Shown one piece after another: positions 12,862-26,134 of a DNA stretch of 64,000 nt. This DNA is from Octopus bimaculoides. Its lineage: Eukaryota. The notes below the pieces were generated by a model. The model saw nothing but the letters and a program-made list of their open reading frames with translations, was not told the DNA's origin and did not search any database. Within the stretch, counting starts at the first letter, position 1, and each line of letters begins with the position of its first letter. Both the position numbers and the translations under genes were made by a program. Location: contig NC_068982.1 in the NCBI RefSeq assembly GCF_001194135.2, positions 49,957,174 through 50,021,173 on the forward strand. Reading direction: 5' to 3'.

Positions 12862-13433
12862 GGATGTCCACAAAGTTTTTAGACAATTTCAAAATGTCAT
12901 TATGTAAAACTTAGAGGAGGGAACAACTAAACTTTCTCATGGTATTAATAGTCTTATTAATACTATGTTTTTATGTTTCTACTGTGTCTGTTTTGGCAGG
13001 GATTTTACAGTTGGATGTCCTTCCGAACATCAACCACTCTGCAGAGTGGACTCAGTACTTTTTACTTGGCACTAGCACAGGCAAGGTTAGTTTTGGCATG
13101 ACTTTTAAAGCTGGATGCCCTTCCCAATGCCAACCATGTTACAGTATGGACTGGATGCTTTTAACATGGCACCAGCACTGGCTGGGTAACCAAGTTACTC
13201 GCAAGACAAGGAATTATGAGAGGGGCAGGGGCATTAGAGGAGGGGAACTTGCGTCAGGGGATGAAAGGTTAGAGTGTGACATAGAGACAGAGATACAGAA
13301 GCAGGTCTCTTGCCATAACAGAGGGGACATTAGAGGTAATCTAGTAGCAAATGATGAAAGGTTAGAGTGTGACAGAGAAATAAAAAGGCAGAAATAGGTG
13401 TCTTCCTACAGAGGAGGTACATGGTCACCCAGT

Positions 13434-13485
<52 letters not shown>

Positions 13486-14734
13486 GAGAAGAGATAGAGA
13501 GTGAGAGAGGTGCAAGAAAGAGGCCAGAAATAAACCTTACCACATCAAGGTTTTCTACACCTGCTCCTACCATAGACATTTTTTGCCAGACAATTCCTGA
13601 CAAGTTTTTTACACAATCTATGTGTACCCTTTAGAAAAAGAATTTAAAAAAGAAACACAATATTCTTTTTTTAAAGGACCTCTTTGGGTATAAAACTTAC
13701 CTTTATATCTGCAATACTTAATGTTAATTTACGTTCCGGTGAAGTCTGTTGGTTTTGTTTGTAGTTATTATTTAGTTTGTTTTCAAGATTTTGCACCTTA
13801 AAACACTCTTCCTCAGTCAATGAATCGATCAAATCCTTTTAAAATACAACACAAAATCATAAAATGCTTTTTAAAAAATTTCATAAAAACTGAGAAACAA
13901 ATACCTCAGAAAAAAACAATAAATAAAACCATAATTAAAATCTTCAAATAGGATAAACAGAATTTTTTGTTAAAACTTTAAACTAAACTCTAATAGAAAG
14001 AGAAAAGTTTAATATTTCTTTTAAGAAAGTTACAAAACAAGAAAAATTACCATTATAAATAGAATTATTGGAAAATAAAAGGAATAAGTGAAAATGTTGA
14101 TATTTTATGTATTAATTTGTATTAATTTAATTAATTTCTAGATTCTATTTTAATTATATCTGAAGTGCTTTCAAGATGTCATTTATTTGTTTATTCTTTT
14201 ATCAGTGTAATAAATTTAATTATCAACAAGTGATTAAAAAACACAGACATAAATTTAACAAACGTTCCACAAATGTATGTTGCTTTATTTAAATACAACT
14301 TTTTCCATTGTTTCCAAAAGGTTAGACATGTCTACCAAATACATTTGTTGCTATGGCAACTCTACAGAAATTATGATCAAAACCAAATTGTATTAAAGCT
14401 TTATAGTAATATTGTAATTTTTCATTTCCATGTTTGTTTAGTTTTTTTTTTTTGTTTCTTTTATGTTAGTTCTTGAAAATTTTTCATAGGAGCAGATAAG
14501 ACTGTATGATTCAGACATTTTCTTTCCAACCATGTAGTTCTGGGTTCAGTCCCAGTGCACAGCATTTTGGGCAGATATTTTCTATTGTATTACAGAGCTG
14601 ACATAAACCTTATGAGTAAATCTGATAGACAGAATCTGAAAGAAATGTGCCATAGGGCTTGTTGTTTTACAATGTTTTGTTCTTACATGAAGCAGGGTCA
14701 GACAATCCTTTAGGATTAAACAGAGATTTAGACA

Positions 14735-15775
14735 AAATTCTTTGTGCGGGCGACACATGAATTCTTTCGAGCGAGATCGTTGCCAGTGCCCCTGGACTGG
14801 CTCTTGTGCGGGTGACACATGAAATGTTTCAAGCAAGATCGGGGCCGTCGTAGGATTTTCGAGTGAGATCGGGGCCGTCGTAGGATTTTCGAGCGAGATC
14901 GTTGCCAGTGCTCCTGGACTGGCCCATGTGCAGGCGACACATGAAATCTTTCGAGCGGGATCGTTGCCAGTGCCCCTGGACTGGCTCATGTGCAGGCGAC
15001 NNNNNNNNNNNNNNNNNNNNNNNNNNNNNNNNNNNNNNNNNNNNNNNNNNNNNNNNNNNNNNNNNNNNNNNNNNNNNNNNNNNNNNNNNNNNNNNNNNNN
15101 NNNNNNNNNNNNNNNNNNNNNNNNNNNNNNNNNNNNNNNNNNNNNNNNNNNNNNNNNNNNNNNNNNNNNNNNNNNNNNNNNNNNNNNNNNNNNNNNNNNN
15201 NNNNNNNNNNNNNNNNNNNNNNNNNNNNNNNNNNNNNNNNNNNNNNNNNNNNNNNNNNNNNNNNNNNNNNNNNNNNNNNNNNNNNNNNNNNNNNNNNNNN
15301 NNNNNNNNNNNNNNNNNNNNNNNNNNNNNNNNNNNNNNNNNNNNNNNNNNNNNNNNNNNNNNNNNNNNNNNNNNNNNNNNNNNNNNNNNNNNNNNNNNNN
15401 NNNNNNNNNNNNNNNNNNNNNNNNNNNNNNNNNNNNNNNNNNNNNNNNNNNTTGTGCGGGCGACACATGAATTCTTTCGAGCGAGATCGTTGCCAGTGCC
15501 CCTGGACTGGCTCTTGTGCGGGTGACACATGAGGTTTTTCAAGCGAGATGAGCGTGGCCGTTGCCAGTACCGCCTGACTGGCCTTCATGCGGGTGACACG
15601 TAAAAGCACCCACTACACTCTCTGAGTGGTTGGCGTTAGGAAGGGCATCCAGCTGTAGAAACTCTGCCAAATCAGATTGGAGCCTGGTGTAGCCATCTGG
15701 TTTCACCAGTCCTCAGTCAAATCATCCAACCCATGCTAGCATGGAAAGCGGACGTTAAACAACGACGACAACGAT
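14735..15775 (+). repeat. Family D copy with an expanded 62-bp internal tandem array spanning a gap
   Basis: Unit ttgtgcgggcgacacatgaattctttcgagcgagatcgttgccagtgcccctggactggctc starts at 14742 and 14804 and recurs on both sides of gap 15001-15451. Confidence 0.88.
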
Positions 15776-17583
15776 TGTAGCTAAGTAAAATCACTATCGA
15801 GCTAAGTAAAACTGCTGTCTTCCACACATACAGGCTGGTCCTTTTAGGTGCTTTCAGGTCCTTTCAGATGCTGGTGCTGCATTAATGCACCCATGCCAGT
15901 ACTGCATAAACACACTCATGCCGGTGGCACATAAAAAGCACCCAACACACCCTGTGAAGTAGTTGGCATTAGGAAGGGCATTCAGCTGTAGAAACCATGC
16001 CTCAACAGACAGCTGGAGTCTGGACAGCTCCCTGCCAGCCAGCTCCATGTCAAACCATCCAACTCATGCCAGCATGGAAAGTGGACATGAAACAATGATG
16101 ATGACAATAAGGACGTTTTGGGGTTTTCTTGCGATATCATTTGCATTTGGCTGAGTTTAAGTTATTTCCTAAGCTAGATGATGCACACGCATCTGTGTAT
16201 GTGTGAGCCTGTGTGTGTGTGTGTGTGTTTGTGTTGCATATGTTAGCCTATGTGTTTACTTCCATTTGAGCTCAACTGAAAAACTGCTCAACTACAAGTG
16301 AGGATGTTGTTGTCATTTCCTCTATCAACAAGTCATTTTCTGGTTTTGTGCCTTTAAAGACATGTGAAATAAGAGATCCCTTAATTGAAAACCAAATAAA
16401 GGTTAGCAACAGGAAGAGTAACCCACTGTGAAACAATGCCTCGATAATATATTCATTTGAGAAAATGAACAAACAAAATATATAGTTGACACATAAAACT
16501 CTTGTTCTTGTAGTTACTTAGCATAAGATCAGCCTTGGTCAAGTAGATCCATATTCAAAGGTATTCCTGGTATCATACCATCATTATGTATATAAGGGAA
16601 TGAGTAGACCAAGGCATCATTTTAATTGAAAATAGCAGAGTTTGACTGGAGAAGATTTGGCTGCTGTTTCCAGCAATTCAAATGAGAGAATATTCTATTG
16701 GCTGATAATTAAGATAATCCATCTATAGCTTTTATAGCTGCATGTTCTGATTAAAATATCTGTTATAAAATAGTAGTTGAAACTTACTTATATCACTAAG
16801 ACAGCAATTGAATACTTCCTAGCAGTTGAAGTCTTCTGTACAGCTTCTCTAAAATAGTAGTTGAATACTATGCTAAATGGTAAAGACCCCTTCCAGCCAT
16901 GAGTGACCATAAGATTCCACCTAGAAAGTTACCCACTGAAGCACAAGTTTGGGCAAGGTTGTTTATGGTAGACCAGCAGTCGCCCACACATACTGGCTTC
17001 CCCTCTCCATGTCACTGACGTAATCCAAAGGAAAGGCAAATACAGCTTGGCATATGTAATGTCGCAACTCATTTCTACAGCTGAGTGAACTGGAGCAACA
17101 TGAAATAAAGTGTCTTGCTCAAGAACACAACACACAGCGCAGTCTAGGAATTGAACTCACTACTTCATGATCATGAACCTGATGCTCTAACCACTGAGCT
17201 TTCACATAAATACTATGCTAATGCTTCATTAAATTACAAGTTGAACACTTCTTTATTACTTCGTGAATATAGTTGAATGCTTGCTTACTGCTTCATTAAA
17301 ACAGTATTTAAACACTTCTTTATTGTTTCACTAAAATATTAATATGGTAATTGAGTCTTATGTTAATGTTTCACTAAATCAACACCCAGGAAGAAAAGTT
17401 TTATAATCTTGTCAGGAAGCGAGAAAAATCCAGCACTCCTAACTTTTAACCCTTTAGCTGTTAGATTACTGTCAAATATAATACTTATTAATTCACATTG
17501 TTTTGAATGCAACGTGCATTATCTTGTAGCTTTGTAATTTCAATGATGTGATTGTATAGTTTTAGAACGACATTGTAGGGTAG

Positions 17584-17924
17584 GTGTAAGAGGCCAGATT
17601 TTGACAGTTTGAACGCAAAACAGGTAGACTATATGGCCAGTTTAAATGCTTAAGAGTTAAAACTCTCCCAGTCCAATCAGATTATTATGGCTTTGTCCAG
17701 CTTGAACATTTGTAGGTCAATGCTTGCCAGAAAAGCATGGATGGTGATAGTAGCGTCGGTGTAAGAGGCCAGATTTTGAAAGTTTGAACATAAAACTAGT
17801 AGAGTATTTGGGCCAGATGTGGCCAGTTTAAATGCTTAAGAGTTAAAACTCTCCCAGTCCAATCAGATTATTATGGCTTTGTCCAGCTTGAACATTTGTA
17901 GGTCAATGTTTGCCAGAAAAGCAT
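17584..17924. repeat. Direct tandem duplication, period ~175 bp
   Basis: gtgtaagaggccagattttga...gccagaaaagcat starts at 17584 and 17759. Confidence 0.9.
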
Positions 17925-18378
17925 CGGTGAAGGGACAGGTAAGAAGGACAGAGTTGCAATAGAGTAAAATTTGCTTCAAGCACCTAATGATCAGGTGGAT
18001 GTGTGATGGTGTTAACGTTGTGAGATGGATGAGGCTTACATCATCATGTCCAGTTTTCTATAACAGTATTGTTTGAAAGCAAATTCTCAACTGTATTTCA
18101 TACCAGAAGGATGCACATACAAATTCAAACCTGACATATCTATTTGGTAGAACCCATAACAGATTTTCTAAATACGCCAACCAGTCATTGTAGAGTCATT
18201 TGTATCTTTGATGTTTCCATTAGCTAGTGAATTTCTATTATGATGGGAACTAATTTTTGAAAATGAAATTAAGAGGATTAGCAAATTATAAATTAAATTT
18301 TATCTATAACAACCAAAATACAGTAAAAATTCTAAAAAAATTAAAAAAAAAAAAAAGAAAAGAAAATTAGACATTTAC

Positions 18379-18467
18379 TTTGTAGTCTTCAGAATCACTG
18401 CTGCTTAAACTGTCATCAGATTCAAAATCATCTTCATAGCTCACTCTACAGTTTTCTGTGAAATGAA
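18379..18467 (-). CDS. KATNIP: KATNIP-like exon: HFTENCRVSYEDDFESDDSLSSSDSEDYK
   Basis: Acceptor catattcttttag|, donor ACAAA|gtaaat; 89 nt, phase 1 to 0. VSYEDDFE resembles recalled VDYSDDFE. Confidence 0.82.
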
Positions 18468-20771
18468 CTAAAAGAATATGCAATGAATATGTATGCTGTA
18501 CATTTATGTAATTTTATATTCATTATCACATGAATAATTTCATATTTTTTGCATGATTTAAGCACCATTGCCTTTATACAGACATTTCTTTAGTAAATGC
18601 AAAGAGAAAATGTTATTGAAACGTTAGATACTTTGGATGAGTCAAACAGAGTTGATGATTGGAATGTTGAAGCAGAAAATGCACATTTTGGAGATGGTTT
18701 AAGAAGAAGAATTAGATAAAATGTATTGTAAAAATGTCTAATACAGTATCAGTAACAAAAGAAGTAAAAAGGGCATACTGAAACAGTTGTGTTTCAATAT
18801 CAACTATTTTAGCAAAGATGGGATAATTAAAGAAGTGGTTCAAAAACTAGGACCAAAGGTTTATATTTTTTCTTCAGTGCATTCTGATATTTTACTGATT
18901 GATCCAGCTATACTGTTTCAGTTATGAGAACAATACAGAACAGTAGAGAACATCTGAGATTTATAAAAAAATTTATTTGATATCTGTAACAATGTATTAA
19001 AGGGTTCTCCTGATGAGGTGTTGTAGTGAAGCCTCCAGTTGAACTTGGAACATCCAGTGTTTTCATTCCAAATAACCCCAATGGTGAAATGTATGTAGGG
19101 AACAAATGATACAAACTTTTGTTTATCATAATTTCTCCTATATTTGCTCTGTATATTGTAACTAGTAATACCACTAAGTACAGTAATAACCTAAGTACTA
19201 TACAATAGTAGTCTGGATAATAAACATCTAACTGAAAACACAAGATAAACTAAAATTTCTCAAGATGAAAGTGAGGGTCAATTCTTACTTTAAAAATATT
19301 GTTTGTTTGTTTTTTTAATATAATTAATTTCGCATTGCTCCAGTTCACTCAATTGTAGAAATGAGTTGTGGCATCACTGGTGCCAAGCTGTTAGAGTTAT
19401 AACAAACGCTATGAAGAAAACTTTTACTGATGCAACAAATGTAGTCTTGCTGTTATGTAAATGATATTTGCAAATAGTAAAAGGAATTGGAATATAAGGG
19501 AATTACAATCAACCAACTCTTCAGTATTCAACAGACCCACACTGACTTAGATTGCAACAAATATAAAATACTGTAGCTGCTAATAAAAGGAAAGTTAACT
19601 GTAATTCGTGTTTGGGGCAAATAAATATCAGATTTTTAAAACTAGCTGTCATGTTTGTTTAACATATCTATATGCCAAAGTATCTGAGATTGACCCAGGT
19701 CGGAAAACCTTGGTCTTACATTACAAATCTGCCTGGAAAAACAAAATCTTGTTAATACATGAATAAAGGTTTTTTAAAATGTTTTTTTTTTCATGAGATT
19801 TCCTTATCATCATTTTAATGTCCAATTTTCAATTTCCAATGCTTGCATGGGTTAGACACAGTTTATTGAAGCAGTTTTTTCTATGGCTGGATGCACTTTC
19901 TTGTTGCCAACCCTCATCTGTACACAAGCTAGGTAATATTTCCCCATGGCCAGTTATTTTTATGCAGAATACTGGAAATGAAAAGCACATACCGCTTGTT
20001 TGACAGTGGTATACATTTTACAACTATCATGATATGTCAAATCCAAGAGACATGGACATGCATACACACACAGATATGTGTGTGTGTGTGTATATCTGTG
20101 TGTGTGTGTTTGGGAGGGGATGGATGGACAGATAGATACAAGATAGACAGACACACAGATAGATCGATACATAGCAGGCTTCTTCCAGTTTCTGTCGGCC
20201 AAATCCACTCATAAAGCTTTGGTCGGCCCAGGACTATAGTGGAAGATATGCTGACCAAGGTGCCACACATTGGGACAGAAACAAAACAATGTGACTGGGG
20301 AGCAAACTTTTTCCAACACAGTGACACCTCTATATAGAAACGTCAAAACACTTGTAAGATGTCTGCCAAATACCAACTTAATATATTAATGAATAAAGAT
20401 GGCAGCGAGCTGGCAAAATCATTAGTAAACCGGGAAAAATGCTAAGTGGCATTTTGTCCTTCTTTATATTCTGTGTTCAAATTTCACCAAGGTCAATTAA
20501 ATAAGCACCAGTTGAGCACTGGAATTTATGTAGCTGACTTAGCCCCCTACAATTGCCGGCCTTGTGCCAAAATCTGAAACTAATATGTCATTGAGTAAAA
20601 ACAAGCTACTGTGATTCTGCTAAAATATCTACCAAATTCTGGCTTATTTTGAAAATTTATAGCAACCCACAGGTAGTAAATTCTTGTTAAAGATACAGTG
20701 ATTAGATGGCCATAGAATTGGTAAAAACAGGTGAAGAGCATACAAATATATTAAATTTTCTAATTACTCAC

Positions 20772-20936
20772 CATCTTCATCCATTCCTGCAAGACGGGAT
20801 TTGATTGATTTTATATTCCATCTCTTCCGAGATCTTTTAGTGAGTGGGGCCTGGCGCTGTCTATGGTTACTCTGTATATCATTCTCCAGTTCTTTCAGGT
20901 AACTCTGATCAAGGAAGAACCTGTTTCTTCTTGCCA
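20772..20936 (-). CDS. KATNIP: KATNIP-like exon: ARRNRFFLDQSYLKELE...APLTKRSRKRWNIKSIKSRLAGMDED
   Basis: Acceptor ctaatattttcag|, donor GATG|gtgagt; 165 nt, phase 1 to 1. RKRWNIKSI resembles recalled RRGWHQKSV. Confidence 0.85.
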
Positions 20937-20984
20937 CTGAAAATATTAGAACATTGATTATCTTATGTGCATGCATATATATGA

Positions 20985-21076
20985 CCACATGAGGCACAAC
21001 AGCCACGTAAAGCACAATAGCCACATGAGACACAATGGCTACATGAGGCACAATGGCTACATGAGGCACAATGGCT
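20985..21076. repeat. 18-bp minisatellite, five copies
   Basis: c(c/t)acatgaggcacaat(a/g)g repeated. Confidence 0.85.
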
Positions 21077-21779
21077 GAGATAATACAGGGTAGTAGACCG
21101 GTGACCCAAATGGTTGTAAGTTCCAATCTTACTAGAGACGTTATGTTGTGCCTCTGGTCACTGTGTCTAACACTATTTGCTCCAGTTAATTAGACAGACA
21201 GGAAAAAAAACGAAAAAGATCTACTTCCATTACTAGAACCACCACCACCACCACCAGCAGCATCACATTATCATCATCATCATAATCACTACCACTTCAT
21301 GGTAGAGTGGTTAGCAATAAGAAAGACATTCAGACATACAAACAATAAACCATCCAATTTATTCAAGCATGGGGGTGGGGGCTAATGGCCATTGTCATCA
21401 TTTAATTTCTACCTTTCCATACTTGCAGGGGTAAGATGGAATTTATTGAGGCAGATTTTATACAAATGGCTGCCCTTCCTGTTGCCAACTCCACCCTGAA
21501 CTGTTACAAAGTAAGGCAATATTTCCCATAAAAAAATTTTCTCAGTGGAAGACAGAAAATAAACAACACTTGCATGACAGTGATGCTTGCTTACAGCCAT
21601 ACTGTGATGTCAAGACAAGGGTACATACAACACACACACATGAACACAAACTCACACACACACACACACACACAGGGAAAGACAAATAGAGAGAAAGAGA
21701 GATAGATAGATAAATAGACAGAGACAGACAGACAGATAGATAGCTATTCACACACGCATATATATATACACACATATAG

Positions 21780-21842
<63 letters not shown>

Positions 21843-22585
21843 TATATACACACACACACACACATGTATACATACATATAAACACACACACACACAGGTA
21901 TACACATACACACACAACAGGCTGCTTTCAGTTTCCGTCCTCCAATTTCACTTCCAAGGCTTTGCTCAGCCCGGGGCTATAATGGAAGACACTTGCCCAA
22001 GGTGCCATGCAGTGAGACTCAATCTAGAACCATGTGGCTGGGGAAAGCAAACTTCTCAACCACATAGCTCTCATCAGTGTCTATGTTGGCGTGGCTTACT
22101 AGTTAGGTGTTGGACTCATGGTCATAAGATTGTGGTTTCAATTACAGAACTGGGTGACATGTTTTCTCAAGCAAAACACTTCATTTCAAGTTGCTCCAGC
22201 CCACTCAACTAGCAGAAGTGAGTAATCCTTCAATGGACGGGTGTCCCACCCAGGTGTGGAATTTCTACATCATGGAAACCAGGAAACCAGCCCTTATAAG
22301 TCAGCATCCTTCTGTTTTGTTTTTTTTTACCAAGTCTGTGCCTATTTATATTATTATTGTTTTTTATTGCGCCCTTTTAAAGCCTAGTCAGGCTCATGGG
22401 CCCGGTTTCCCAGATTCAATGGCGTATGTGTTCCCCAGCTGGACGGGACGCCAGTCCATCGCAGCGTTACTCATTTTTGCCAGCTGAGTGGACTGGAGCA
22501 ACGTGAAATAAAGTGTTTTGCTCAAGAACACAATGTGTCGCCTGGCCCAGGAATCGAAACCACAATCTTACGATCATGATGCCGA

Positions 22586-22731
22586 CACTCAGGGGATCAC
22601 TTGGCTCATCCGTCGATGAAGAGTGCGGCTATCTGCGTGAACTGATGCGAATAGCAGGACTCAGTGAACATCGACACCTCGAACACACATTGCGGCCCTG
22701 GGATCCCATCGTCCAGGGGCCCTGTCCGTCT
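22586..22731 (+). pseudogene. Isolated near full-length 5.8S rRNA copy
   Basis: ggatcacttggctcatccgtcgatgaagagtgcggct..gcaggac..tgaacatcgacacctcgaacacacattgcggccc follows the metazoan 5.8S consensus, including the 3' GC hairpin. No 18S, 28S or evident ITS flanks. Confidence 0.9.
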
Positions 22732-22836
22732 ATTTATATAAATGGATGTAAAACAGTAAAATGGAAACAAATGAATAAATAAATGAATAAATAAGAGAAA
22801 GAATTTATATCCTGATCTGAGTAAAACTATTCTTAC

Positions 22837-23024
22837 TTAGTTGAGCAGCAGCCCTGTGTCTCCTTGATCGGGCTTCATGATTTGGAGACGGAGACTTCAG
22901 TTGTGGCAAGGGTGGGTGTATGTCCATTTCAGCATTGGCTCCATTCATATAAAGAGTGAATCCTTGCTCTTTTCTCTCCAAAGAAATCTCCTGCGATGTT
23001 TTGGTCATTAGCTTTCTAAGCATC
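22837..23024 (-). CDS. KATNIP: KATNIP-like exon: MLRKLMTKTSQEISLERKEQGFTLYMNGAN...RAAAQL
   Basis: Acceptor tatatttgtag|, donor CTAA|gtaaga; 188 nt, phase 2 to 1. LERKEQGFTLYMNGAN matches recalled LEHLEQGFSVYVNGAN. Overlaps supplied ORF 22805..23023. Confidence 0.88.
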
Positions 23025-23839
23025 CTACAAATATAACAGTAAACTTTAGAGAAACCGGAATGTAAAGAAATTGTATGAATATATATGAAATGAACATTTG
23101 ACTGTTATCAACCTCAGTAGTGTAAAGGACCCCTCCTCCTTTGGTCATGAATGACCATGGGATTGCACCGAGAAAGTTACCTTCCGATAACTTGATGCCA
23201 AAAGAAAAATCACAGTATTGACTTTAGTTTAAATGTTTGTAAATAATTCCTATGATATCTGCAAATGATTTTCAAACAATAACAGAAAAATTAACCAGAG
23301 GGTATTTTCTCAAGAAACCACACAAAAACTATTTCATTTTGAAACAATAGCTACAACAGCTATTTCCAACTGACACATGTAAATGACAAATTGTAAGCAT
23401 AGAAGAAGTTTGTATATCATCACTCCCTGTGTGCTAGATAGAGATAGCACCTAAATCTTTCTTATATTATAATGTCACTATCATCGTCATCATTTCAGGC
23501 CCATTTTCCATGCTGGCATGGGTTGGACAGTTTGACAGGGTCAGGCAAGTTGTATGTCTGCAATGAGTTCTAGTGTCAGCTGTGACATGGTTTCTACAGC
23601 TAGATGTCATTCCACACTACTGTGTGTATACAGGCTGCTTGTTTTTCATGACACCAGCACTGGTGGGGTTGCCAAGTAACTTGTAGAACAAAAAAGAACA
23701 GGGAAACTGGAAAAGGAAAAATCTCCTGCTACTAAGTGGGTGGAAGCATTTGAGGACGAGAGGTGGCTTAATGTAAGGTGTAGAAAGGATGAAGTATGAT
23801 AAAGCAAGCACAGGTGTCTTCCTATAGAGGAGATACATG

Positions 23840-23875
<36 letters not shown>

Positions 23876-26090
23876 GTGTGTGCGTTACTGTCTTCTTCCA
23901 TTGACTTCATGTGATAGTTATTAGCAGTTATTCACTCCTAGTCTTCTGCACAAAAGCATGTCTCATTATAAGAAATGTTACCTTACTGAGAAACAGGTGA
24001 GGGTTGGTGACAGGAAGGGCATCTGGCTGCAGAAAATCTGCTTCAACAAATTCCATCTAACCCATGCAAACATAGAAACATGGATGTTAAATGAAGATGA
24101 TAAATTTGACAGATCTTGCTTGGATTTATCACTGACATCTTTCATTGGCTAATAAATTACTCTGGTCACCAGGTCAAAAGATGTTGGAGCAGTAATATCC
24201 ATTTGGAACTTGGTGATTCTGGTTGCTAGCCTCAAAGAAATTCTTCTGTCTAGCATCATGTGAGTACTACTATTTATCAACAGAAGACTCATTTGCCAAG
24301 AGTACATGTCCAGCTTGCAGTTTCCTATGGCTTAGCCAAATACTGAACTGGCTGGGCACTCTGTTAGTTATGGTGAAGAGGGTTCCAGTTGATTTGATCA
24401 ATGGAAAAGCCAGTTCATTAAATTAACATGCAAATGGCTGAGCATTTCACCGACACACATAGCCTTAGTATAGTTCCCAGCATGACATATCAAATGTGAC
24501 AAGGCTGGCCCTTTGAATTATAGGTGCAACTCATTTTTTGCCAGTTGAGTGAACTGGAGCAATATGAAATAAAGTGTCTTGCTCAAGAAAACAATACACC
24601 ACCAGGAATCGAACTCATGATCATACTATCATGAGCCCAAAACACTAACTGCTAAGCCACACACCTTCACTAGAATAGTAAAAAAGATATAATAGCACTA
24701 ATGCTAGTTGCTAGCTTCACAGATGTTCCTCTATCCAGCATCATGTGAGGATTACCATTAGTCAACCAGAAGACACTCTCACAATGGTTGCTCATCCATC
24801 ATGCTGTTTCCTATGGCTTCACCAAATATACGTGACTTAATAAGAGAAAAGTAACTTATTTTACAAAATCCCTAAAATTTTTTAATTATTATCAAAATTA
24901 ATTCAAACACAGAGGAAGTGTATTTCAATAGAAGTATGGATATCAGAAAGGTAAAACAAAACAATGGGAGAAACCAGTTCCCTGCTAACTTGCCAAGAAT
25001 ATAATATGGCATAAGTTATATTAAAAATGTTCTCCAAATATTCCACAAATTACAACTTTTGTTAAACTGTTCATCAAAGCTTTCAACAAGACAGATAAAG
25101 CACAGACCATGATTATTTTTGGAAATTAATTCAGATAAACAGAAAATTCTTGTTAACCCTATGATCATAAGAAGTTTCTAAATTTTTCTCAAACTGTTTT
25201 TTTTTTTTTTAAATAAACAAACGAACAAGAAAATGTTTTGTAATTAATCAAATAGCTGCAACACGAGATATATTGCATTGTGGCAAGTTGCGTAATGTCG
25301 TATAATCAACTTCAAGCTGCATTAAATGCATTAGCATTCAAAATATGCAAAAACACTACAAGGAATGTGATTTTTTTAAAAAATCTGAAAGAACTTACAT
25401 AATCAAGAAAGATATTTGCATAAATAACACATAGAACTGTGAAGCAAGTGAAAATATGTATTCTTCTTTTAATTTAAAAGATAGAAAGAAAGAATTAACT
25501 TGAAGTGTTATTAGGCCTGATGCTTCATACTTTCAAAATAAATTAATGTCATCTTAAACATATAAGATAGAAATGTAACATTTGGCAAAGTTAGTAAAAG
25601 AAAATAGGGAAGAAAATTGGTAAAAAAATAAAATAAAAATAAAGGTACCTGCATGGATGTGTGGTAAGAAATGTGCACCTTCAGTCAAATGGTTCCAGGT
25701 TCAGTCCCACCACATGGCACTTTGGGCAAGTGTCTTCTACTATAGCCCCAGGTCAACTAAAACCTTGCAAGTGGGTTTGGTAGACAGAAACTGAAGGAAG
25801 CCCATCATTCATTAATGTGTGTGTGTGAAGATGCATGGCCTAGTGGTTAGGTTAATGCACTCACAATCGCTAGATCATGGGTTTGATTCCCTGACTGGGC
25901 AGCACGTTGTGTTCTTGAGCAAAACATTTCATTTCACATTGCTCCAATCCTCCTTTCAATCAGTAGGGAATGTTGACCTGCTCACATAGCCAGCGGGGTG
26001 GTGTCATTTGAAGGCTAAAACAATGCAAAAGCGCATTGTGACCAGTAATGTGTAACAACATCTGATAGCCTGGTCAGTCATGTGATCACG

Positions 26091-26134
<44 letters not shown>

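Noticed and set aside
12023-12907. Long ORFs of 100-290 aa full of X (also near 15, 31.6, 48.4, 50.3 and 56.1 kb)
   Set aside because: They read through N gaps.
22586-22731. Functional rDNA locus
   Set aside because: No 18S or 28S neighbours, and several substitutions fall in normally conserved positions.
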